DNA from: Octopus vulgaris
Lineage: Eukaryota
Length of the DNA: 64,000 nt
Direction: 5' to 3'
NCBI GenBank assembly: GCA_951406725.2
Contig: OX597822.1
Span: 5,270,001-5,334,000, forward strand
The position numbers and the translations under genes are program-made. The notes under the pieces were generated by a model, which did not search any database, was not told the DNA's origin, and saw only the letters and a program-made list of their open reading frames with translations. This document shows, piece after piece, positions 53,601-64,000 of this stretch (position 1 is its first letter; each line of letters opens with the position of its first letter).

Positions 53601-56393
53601 ACGGGGGCAATAATGTATTCTTCATATGAGTTTTGTTTGCATTTTGTTGCTGTTGAAATGGACATGATTGATTTATCCTCATTAGAGGATGCTTTACAGG
53701 TCTCTATTCATGGAGTCAGTGCAAGTGGATGACATTTAATTGAAGGAGGTTAAGAAATAATGAAGCTAGTGCCATTTATTTAAAAGTTGGCAATGTCAGG
53801 TGTGATGTATAACAGAAGATGGAGGACAAAACTGAACCCTGCAAGCAAGCCAGAATTGATGAAATGATGAATAGAAAGAGCTCTGTCAATCCACAGCTCA
53901 ACAACCCAAGAGACAAATAAAGAAAAAAAGTCAAGCTCACAGGTTGGCAATTTTATATAGATTTGCATGCCAGATATCGTTACAAGTTCTGCTATGTCCA
54001 GTATAAAACATAGACATTAAATGATAATGACATACATACAATGGACTTCTTCAGTTTCCATCTAGCAATTTCACCCACATGGTATTATTAGCTTGTGGCT
54101 ACAGTACAGGACACCAACTAACAGTGTCCACACAACAGAACAAATCTTCAACCACATGGTTCTGGTGCCAATTGTTTGTGTGTGTGATATAAATACAAAC
54201 GAATTTGTAGAGAAGATTTTCAAAATATCTCAAATTTTCATATGCTACAGATAATGTCAAAGGAATTGCTTATAAATTTAAAATCTATAAATATGAATTT
54301 ATAAAAGATATATATTTTTAAAGATAAATAATATGAAAAATATAGAATGTAAATAAAATGTGCTGTTTTAGGAATACAATAATTCTAATTTGAATATTAA
54401 TTCTAATGTACATTTTTCAAAATCCAATGATAGAAAGTTGTATAGAAAATGTGTCTCAAGAGGTGTTCTGTATAATTTTATAAGAAAACAAAACTACACA
54501 TTAAGCCAGAAAACACTGACAATAAAATTCCTTAGGGCACGATTTAAAAACTCTGTCAGTTTTTAACTAACATTTTAATCTGTTGAACACCAGAACTGAA
54601 ATTTGGTACTTGTAATTCTAGCCACAACAATGCAATGAAACACCAAATAAATGCAATCTAAATATATACATTCTGTTACATTTCATATATCAACATTACA
54701 ATTTATTGTGTTTACTAACTGATGTGGTAGCGTTTGCTCTTTAGCTACACAGCAATTTATTCATTGGTAAAATAAATAAATCTAATTGTCTCAGTCCACT
54801 TAACCTTTAGCTGGAACATAAATAAGAAGTTGCAAATAGCATCACCACCACCATCATTTAAGATCTGGTTTCCATGTTGACATGATCTGAAGAATCAGAG
54901 GTCTGCATCATGCTCCAATATCCATTTTGGTATGGTTTCTATAGAGGGATGCTCTTTCTAATGACAAACCATTTTACAGGATGTACTGGGTACCATTTTC
55001 TGGCACCCGTATCTTTCAAAATATTTGATTCACATAATTCTTGCTCTTTATTTCTAACTCTTCTATGCTTTAGCAAGTCTTTTCCAGACCATACCTCCAC
55101 CATCTAAAATGCAATGCTTTTCTTTCCATCATATATCCCTCAATAGCTTTGCTGTAATCAATATTACTCCTGACTCTGTATTACACATTCAACAGACCAT
55201 ACTCAGAGTGTTTCTATTCCGTCACTACATTCACTTTGAGTTTTTAACAACAATCATGTATTACATATCTCATATAATCCTGTTTCCAACACTATTAGCA
55301 ATTATTATGCAACAATCTAAGACTTACCTAATGAACTTGATATATAGAATATAAAACAATATAGTAATATATCTGATATTCATTAAAATTCAACATAATT
55401 TGCAGATATGAATGCCAAGTCTGTTATATGTATATAAAAAAGAAAATCAATAAGATTTCAATTTGAATAATGCCTAAGAGGAAATGGTCCATCAACCGGG
55501 ATGGTAATGACGATAATGGCAATAACCACCACTATCATCATATGGAAATACATTTGTACATCTATTCTCCCTTCCTTCTCTCTCTCTCTCTCATTTCAAC
55601 ATACAGAGCATTTATCTTCCAAGACCTCAGTTCTCAAATATAATATTCTACTAAAAACCAAATCTAATTTCATAGTTTGTTAACCATATCTTTCTTAGTA
55701 GTAATAGTTCATACCTTTCCCATCTGATGGGTTGTGCTTAAATTTTCACATTCCCACTTGGCAGAATAATTAGAGAGTTGGAAAAAATGTCTGGTTACAT
55801 TCATTCCAACTTTCTGTGCTCTGACTTCAGACCCTACCAAGGCCACTTTGTCTTTCATGTTTCCTGAGTTGATAAAAATGTACCAACACAGGGCTGTGGA
55901 TTGGCAGAACTATAAGAATGCCGAGCCAGATACCTTGCAGTATTTGTTCCAGCTCATTGCATTCAGAGTTTAAATCCAAGCACTGTCTACTTATTTATTC
56001 CATCACCCAATTTAATACAACCATCTGGCACATTGGATACCTTTAGCAAAGTCTGCTCTGTTGCAAGCATTTAAACCACACCCTTAACAGTCTCAGAAGT
56101 TTTATAACAAGAGGGTCAACAACACTGTCTTCCCTCCTGGCTAAAAGAGAAACAAAAAATGCTAATTTATATGAAATGACAACCAAACTAGAAAAAAAAA
56201 TTTAACAGCTCATCAGAAAATTTATTTTGTAATTGTTTACCATTTTTATTCGAGATGAGGACAGTGTGCGAAAAATGATAAATTTTTCTTTTGATTCAGC
56301 CAACAAAATAGAAATTAGAGATGAATTTTCTGCTCATTAATCCTTAAGAGCTTGTTTAAAGATTAACTAACCTGATGCATCATATACACTTAC

Positions 56394-56479
56394 TGACAGA
56401 TGTGCTGTTTAAACTTCTTAATTCAAATAAACGACAAAATCCACCCCCATCACTCTGCTAGATGACATTCAACAATTTT
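56394..56479 (-). other. Putative short exon (non-coding, or using a downstream NAGNAG acceptor)
   Basis: Acceptor tttatttattcag| and donor |gtaagt. All three frames are closed from the first acceptor; one frame is open from 56457. Confidence 0.35.
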
Positions 56480-57812
56480 CTGAATAAATAAATCTATCAC
56501 ATTGCTCTCGAAAGTTTAAAGACAAGAAAAAAAAGTAGGGGAAAAAAAGAATAACAATAGCCATCTCCTCAAGACTAAAATTCTAGGTAAAAAAGCAACA
56601 TGTATTACACCAAATTTCAATTACGCAAATAATTATCAGGAATTTCAATGCAAGACAAAATATTCTTAGGCCAGTTTACTTTTAATGAATATGATATGAT
56701 TGAAACTGATAAAATTTCAAAATTGTCTCTTCTTCACAGCCACAAAATGTAATTAATTATAGCTTCACGAAGAGTTAAAAAAATAAACAAAGAAAAAACT
56801 GCTTTGGCAGCTAGGATTCTAAATAATGTAAATTCTTATAAGAATTAAAAAAGAAGAAAAAAAGCCAAATGATATCAGTTTAAGATTGCTTTTACACCAA
56901 TTTTGTTTTTTGCTTTAAATTTTAATATTCTTTATATTTTCGCTACTTTTTTTAAGTGTGGAATGTGTGTATGTTTATGTATAAAATAATTTAGTAATTT
57001 AACAATTTACAATATGATTAATGTAAGACCAGACAATGAATATGCACACAGAATACACACAAATCAATTGCACAGCTCACAAAGTCACACAGCAAAGGAG
57101 AGAACCATTACAATCAATTTGATACGTTCAATAAGTTAAATATCAGCAATTACATGTAATAAATTAATGCCAAATTCTAATTAAAATGCATAGTAAGCAA
57201 AAATAGATTTACAGCAAATCCTGACCAGGAAACTTTGAAAAGGTGAGACATAAACTAAGTTACATCAATATAAAATACTGAAAATGCATAATTTCGCAAC
57301 TAGTATAGTGTGAACATTATAAGCCAACAATTATATTCTGTGAAAAGTGTAGTTAACAGAACCAACATATGTTCATGCACTGAACATTCTTCAAGGCTCA
57401 AATATGGCTGTGTGAAAAGGTTTGCTTCCCAGTCACATGGTTGTGGGTTCAGTGCAATTGTATGGTACCTTGAGCAAGTTCCACTACAATTCTGGGCCAA
57501 CGTAAGTCATAAGTTGATCACTATAGTGCTTGATCTTCAAAACCTCTGTATCCTTGGCACAGTTGTGCTGAAATAACAGTGGGGGTGTCTAACTGCAGAG
57601 AGATGCAGGTACTGCAGTCTGTCACATTCTGCCTTAAGACTTTCTCTCAGAGTGTAAGGGGCAATGACATGGCTACCAGTGGAATGAGAATCCTTGGATG
57701 AAATTTTAATTCAGAAATGAAAGAGCTGCAACGGATACCACACAATATTTCATCTGGTGCTCCAATAATCTGGCTAATCCTCTACCCTGGACTGCTATTC
57801 ATTTATCATTAA

Positions 57813-58155
57813 ATCATCATCATTTAATGTCCATTTTCCACATACTGCAATAGGCTGGATGGTCTGAAAGGAGCTGGCTGGAAAGCTGCTCAGGCTCCAT
57901 TTGTCTGTTTAAGCATAGTTTCTTTGGCTGTGTGCCCTTCCTAAGGCCAACCTCTTTACAGAATGTACTGGCACCATTACGAGTGCTTTATGCGTGACAC
58001 CAGTATGGGTGCTTTGTACATGGTATTGGCATGGGTGCTTTATATGTGGCATTGACGTGAGTTTTTCACATGTGGCATTGGTACAGGTGCTTTTTTATGT
58101 GGTACTAACATAGTTGCTCCTTACATGGCACTGGCCCAGGTGTTTTTCACATGGT
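57813..58155 (-). mobile_element. RTE 3' tail with degenerate ~26 bp tandem units
   Basis: Repeated GTGCTTT..ATGTGGCA units following GCCCTTCCTAA. Confidence 0.7.
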
Positions 58156-59999
58156 GAAAGGCAAAATTGACTTGAGAGAAATTTGAACTCAGAGCTTAGT
58201 GATCTGAAAGTACCACACTATACCTCATCCATCATGCTAACAATTCTATTAATCTGCAACCCATGATGGAACAGTATTTTATTTTTAATCAACCCCACCA
58301 CCAAAAGAAAAATGATAAGCAAGTTTCACTTCAGTAGGATTTTATCTGGGAATACCACAAATACTACAAAACATCCTACCTGGTGCACTAATGACTACTA
58401 ATACACAATGTGCAGATAATATTAAGCATGTGCTAACATGATACATTCCATTTGGATAATAAAATACGAGAGACATATTTTTTTTTTACATGAATTGTTT
58501 GCAGCACTGGATTAAACATTAAGCAAAATAAGTGCATGTTTTTGGACACCTCAGAAATGGTAAGTGGTTTACAGCACAAAAAAATTCCCTTTAAACTTGC
58601 TAAAATAATATTCAGTTTGCCTTATTTATACTAAGGGTAGAAGCAGATATGTTACATAAGATTAATTTTTAGGATCTGATCAAAGACTTTGCAATTAAAA
58701 AAATAAAGTAGAAAACTTTTCAAATATGAATAAAGTGGAAATATACAAAAATAAACATTATTTTCCATCTTATTGTTAGTCTCATTTTATTTTGGAAAAA
58801 AATATTATTTTCTGCTTATTATTGTTTACATTTTGGATTACATATATGTGGGAGCACCAAAATCTTTTAAGTGCTTAGGACCTCAATGGGTCTTAATCCG
58901 GCCCTCATAGTTTGTTTGCGAATTTCTTTAAATTGTATAACTCCTAACATGTTGGGCATTCCTAACACTACTGCCAGTATTATGAAAAGAGCCTCTACCC
59001 ATTCGTCTGATCAGTTAGAAGTAGCCAAATGTCATCAATGCCTCTCTATCTAGATAAAGAAGTTTACTTTGTATACTGTTGTCCTTAATATACAAAAAGA
59101 CGGAATGGTCATAAATTTGGAATACATTCGGACAAAAGAGAAAGAAAGAGAAAACACAATTCCATAAACCATTACCCAACCAGTTGATCAACAAATAATT
59201 ATTATTACCATCACATTTCACTATCTCTCTCTCCGCTGCAACAAATAAGGAAGCCTCTCATTGTTGTTTGGTCCTCTAGAAATAGCAACCAAAATATTTC
59301 TCACATCACACATTCACCATCTTAGAAAACAATGCATAATGTTGTATAATGTTGTCATGGGTTCTCTGTACATAGGCAAAAGACAGGATGGCCACAGCTG
59401 GAGTATCATTGATCATAAGTCTACTCGATGAAGCTTAACCAGGGGCTACACAACATCAACTATCTCTGCCGACATCTGGTTAAAACCAATTTTAAAGAAA
59501 TTAACGATTATATTTGTGGGTGTGCATGGATGTGTGTATGCATGCATACATGCGTGATTGTGCATATGAGTGTGTGAACCTTTTAATAAAAGTGAATAGT
59601 CTGAGAATAAATGGTCCAACATTGTGTAATTTACATGACAAAGATAACATTTACATTACAAAAGAACTATGTTCAGAGCTGAGAAATATTTTATCAGTCA
59701 TGAAATTTATTCAATTTAGAGATGAATATAGGAGTAGGATGATAGCAGGGAAGTTGTTCTTTTCGTTGCTTTTCTATTTTTATTGTGTGTGTGTGTATGT
59801 GGGGGAAGTCTTTCCCTTTTCTTATGATTTTGTGGTTTATTCAGATCTATAAGGATATTGAAGTGTACAGGAAATTTAAAAAGACAAATCAAAAAATAAT
59901 TATATTGCATGAGTGTGTGTGCGTGCACACATGCTATTAAGTTAAAAATGAAAAAACAAAGCAACAACAACAAAAACCCCCACAACCCCACAAATGTAG

Positions 60000-61215
60000 T
60001 AGTTTCTGGTAAGAGATAGCGATCGGTAGTTTCCTGTTGTGTTCTCCAGGTTGACATGAAATTTAAGAGCAGTGTCAAACAAGTTGGAGATTGATGACAG
60101 TTTTGGTGGTTTACAGCGTTGAAATAAAATCTCCAAGTGTAAAACTACAATAGCAGAAAGATTAAATTTAAATCAGGTGAAACTAAGTAAATGTCATCAG
60201 ACAACTAGGGTGAGATGTGTTATTTCTTCCTCACACCTTTTTTTTTATTGGTCTGGATATAAGAATAGTTTGTTCTTCGTTTTTACTCTTTTATTCACAG
60301 AGAGGGACAGTGCCCACTACATTTGTAGGCCTGTAGAGACCAAGGGGCTTGATCCTGTAATTGTTCCATTTAAAATATTGCAAGTCATTACCTGCAGGAA
60401 AGACATTTGTGCAAAGATTCCAGAGGTTTGATATACCAACAGCGGCCTGGGAACGAAATTTGCTTTGGGGAGGCAAACTCAGGTCCAATGATAATATTTG
60501 TTATAATATATGGAAAAGTAATATTTCAAATCATTCCAAAGATGTTTCCATTCTCACTCATTTCAGCAAGGAAGTTTTCCAAGAGGAGGTCCAAAGTGTT
60601 TTCATTACACAAGTTTTTATGTACATGCATTAGAGTACAGTATGTCACATGGTGTTGCGTCATTGTGGTATGGATGCAACAGATACAGGCTTGCAACATG
60701 ATGATATTTTTATCACAAAGGCTGGTCCATAGATGAACAAAGTTCAATGCATCAGTGACCATGGAAACTGTAGATCCAATTTCTTGGAGGATAAGGTTCA
60801 GAGTGGTTTTTGCTGTGTACAAAATATACCAGGAAACATGTCTTTTAATCTCTTTTGCATACCTGAAATGTTTCTGCTCATAGTACATGCACCATCAAAG
60901 ACAAAAGCAGCACAATTTTTAGTCCAGAAAAATGTTTAGGAAACAAAAACATCCAAAATAACTTTAGTCATTGTCTGTGAAGTGTAGTCAGGAGAGTTAT
61001 AAAAGCCGAGAAAATCTTCATGGACATCCTGGTTTTCAGAAATATAATGACAATAACTGATTCTTGTTCCATGCCAGAGCAATCACATATAACAGTGATA
61101 AGCATGGAGTCTTCAACAATTTTTCTGATGTCATGCTGGGTGCTATGAGCATACACATAAAGGATTTCATTTTGTATTCTATGAAATACAATCTCAGACC
61201 AAATACTCAAACATT
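60000..61215 (-). pseudogene. hAT transposase fossil (ZMYM1-like/DUF4371 type)
   Basis: Fragments IQNEIL..., VICD..SGMEQES, VHEDFLGFY, FDGACTMSRNISGMQKRLK and LNLILQE occur in the expected order, with stops and frameshifts. The 3' boundary is uncertain. Confidence 0.8.
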
Positions 61216-61224
61216 ATTAACATT

Positions 61225-61614
61225 AAAAGGCACCTGTGCCAATGACATAAAAGGCACCCGTGCTGGCGACACGTAGAAAGACAACTGTGCCGGTGACACG
61301 TAAAAGGAACCCATGCTGGTGACAAATATAAAGCACCTGTGCTGGTGACACACAAAAGGCAGCCATACTGGTGACATGTAAAAGGCACCCATGCCAGTGA
61401 TATGTAAATAGCACCAGTGCTGGTGACACATAAAAGGTAACGGTACCCATGACATGTAATGGGAACTCAATATATTCTTGGAGTGGTTGGTGCTAGGATG
61501 AGCATCCAAACCAAACCAAGCCAAGCCAAACTAGACTAGACACTGGTACGGCTCTCTGGCTTACCAGTTCCAGCCAAACCATCTAAACCATGCCAGCATG
61601 GAAAACAGACTAGT

Positions 61615-61650
<36 letters not shown>
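61225..61650 (+). mobile_element. RTE 3' tail with nine ~26 bp tandem units
   Basis: Units like AAAAGGCACCCGTGCTGGTGACACGT repeat over 61225-61457, then the family B tail and (GAT)n. Confidence 0.85.
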
Positions 61651-61651
<1 letters not shown>

Positions 61652-61771
61652 TTCAGTCTTTGCATCTTGGTTCTAAGTTCACGAACAACCAAGATTATGA
61701 AAGCAGAATCATTTATACATACAAGTCATATATGGTGGCTGATTTACTTAGTTATAATTTCTACCTCTTAT

Positions 61772-61844
<73 letters not shown>

Positions 61845-63199
61845 CCTCGACCAATTTTAGTATTTAATTATGCAGATCATACAGTTATACAAACAAATTT
61901 ATACATATAGTTGCATACTGTGTATGTAAATACATACATACAACATTATTTCCAGTTCAAACCATCCCTCTGCCATTCTAATTATACTCCAGAATTTCAT
62001 CAAATTCTTTAAGAGACCATCCAAATTAACATACCCTCAATGACCTCAAGATTAGCTTTCAGAATTAGATTTTCAACTCCCTATCTGTCCATTATAGACC
62101 ATATCCCAAAATAGCTATTCCACTGATTGGTTGTACATCTTCACACACATTGAAATACAACAGCCTCTATCTAGAACAACAGTAATTCCTGTGTCACTGA
62201 TTTTGCAAACTGTGGATCACTAAACTTATTTATCACTCCTTTTCTCTCCATCTCTACTCACAAACTATGAGATAAAAATTTCACCTAAAACATCATCATA
62301 GAGTTGCAAGCTCTCCAGAACTTTCCCCAGCCCTGCTCGTATTTTTCCTATGAACTATATGCTCAACCTCAATCATGACTTCACTGATCTAAGACCACCA
62401 ACAAAAGTTATGCCCCCCCCCCCTCCATTACCACCACCACTCATATTTAAATGTAAGACAATGGGGTATTTTATTTTTATTTTTCCCCAATCCCAAAGTA
62501 TGAAAGTCAGGTAGTTATATTTCTTACTTTATATACTTTATTCCAAAGATAGTAAACTTTTTTGTTCTTATTAGTTACTACCCTGTGGTTTTCACTGTAT
62601 AGGCCACGTATAATAATTTATTTGGTACTTTTTAAGTATTAACCCATGTAAAAGACACTTGGAATGTTATTTTTATCATCAGAACTTTTCCTATGACCAT
62701 ACAAAGACTACCAACTTTTTTTATTTATCTTTTTATCAGCTATTCCACATATTTAAATATGAACTATGCATATAAATATGGAGATTAAAACTATTTTCTG
62801 CAGAAACAGAAATACTTAAAAGTAACAGTTTCTTGAAATAATAATAAAATTGGATTTTCCAGAGCCAAAATCCATTGACACAGAAATAGTTCAAAACAGC
62901 ACCATGCAGCCAAGGTAAGCGATATCAGCAATGTCATTAAGAAAAGATAGTGTGCAAATTTTCTGGCCAAATTATCATATGATAAAATATATAAATATAC
63001 AGAATCATATCTATATGTTTTTAGAAGAGTATGAAATTAGGCCCACAAGTGACTAATTATCATATAAGATAAGGTCAGAACAAATAACTTGTATGTACAG
63101 TCTTCTCAAATACGTGCTGTAGCATATTTGGTACTAGCCACAACACCCTCTCAGTTTCAGATTTGCATAAAAATTCCATTATCTCTTAAAAATCTAAAT

Positions 63200-63500
63200 A
63201 ATATGATATATCCTATCATTAGTACGTCCATTTCTTTAATTAGCTTTTGTCAATTCTAATTATCTTCATACATTCATATGTAGATGACAAAACTGATCCT
63301 TCCTCTACACCGTTTACATCAAGCATTTGTTCACTGCTTATACCAACACCACCTACAGGACATCCACTCTACCCATTGTTGATGACCATCAGTAGTTCTG
63401 ATCTATGACTTTATCATTTGCTTACAAATCTGCAGAGACATATCTCTGGAGATATGTATTACAATCTTGATCCAAGTATTCTTCTGGTATATATTCCAGC
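63200..63500 (+). pseudogene. Possible Jockey/CR1-like RT fossil
   Basis: FIHSYVDDKT resembles the IHSYADD catalytic motif; a PELSPA-like motif lies upstream near 62315. Confidence 0.35.
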
Positions 63501-64000
63501 AATTTGATTTGAATTCAGATACATAACTACATGCAAATACATAACTAGGTCAGACATAATAAAATGTCTGCTGCTTTTTGCAGTATTACTCCTCACAGAA
63601 GACAGTTAGAATGTCATTTTTCCATTTATTCTTTTCACATGACCATATATAGGTTAACATTTTTTATTGGCCTTTTGACATGACTAAATATGTATTACGC
63701 ATACAAATACAAAATTAAAAATCTTCCACATGTTTGTCTATGGTACTTGAAATAAACACAATAGAAAAGCATAAGTGAACAATGCCACATGTTTGCTTTA
63801 ATCATAAATACTTCAAAACAAGATATTGACAAGAAGAATGACAAGACTTTTAAGTTTTAAGGTGTGCATGTGAGTGGGTGTTATGCTATAGCATAACATA
63901 ACTGCCTGAAAAACATAAGTAGGACAGTGAGGGTTGAGTGCCCCCATGGTCACTGGGTCTTTTATTCTTCAGGTGTAGTGTACCCCAGACTACATTGCCT

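Noticed and set aside
55328-55420. Possible 93-nt minus exon (acag| ... ag|gtaagt)
   Set aside because: Extremely AT-rich, ends in a stop codon in its open frame, and has no other support.
61225-61457. CRISPR-like regular repeats
   Set aside because: The units are contiguous with no unique spacers, there are no cas genes, and they are part of a LINE tail in a eukaryote.

Overview
AT-rich, microsatellite-laden eukaryotic DNA. The repeat families (tRNA-headed SINEs, RTE tails ending in (GAT)n) point to an octopus or other coleoid cephalopod genome; this is inference from recalled repeat sequences. No long intact ORF is present, and almost all listed ORFs are microsatellite or repeat artefacts. 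The window looks mostly intronic. It has a few well-formed minus-strand splice units (56394-56479, 45797-45931, 45535-45701, 16500-16589, and an exon from 6370 downward) that may form an unidentified alternatively terminated transcript. The rest is transposon debris: at least four SINE families, 5'-truncated RTE, R4/Dong-like and REL-type LINEs, mariner and piggyBac-like MITEs, a DD37D (maT) Tc1/mariner element, a hAT transposase fossil and a probable Helitron fragment. The most notable unexplained signal is a set of minimal type-I hammerhead-ribozyme-like motifs of the Penelope-associated kind (8318, 14908, 25235, 34458, 38411). It includes a ~230 bp palindromic element with one hammerhead on each strand (35086-35314). 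There is also a near-perfect 65-nt hairpin in otherwise unique sequence (42690-42754) and a long foldback element (15001-15608). Repeat boundaries were read by eye and are approximate.
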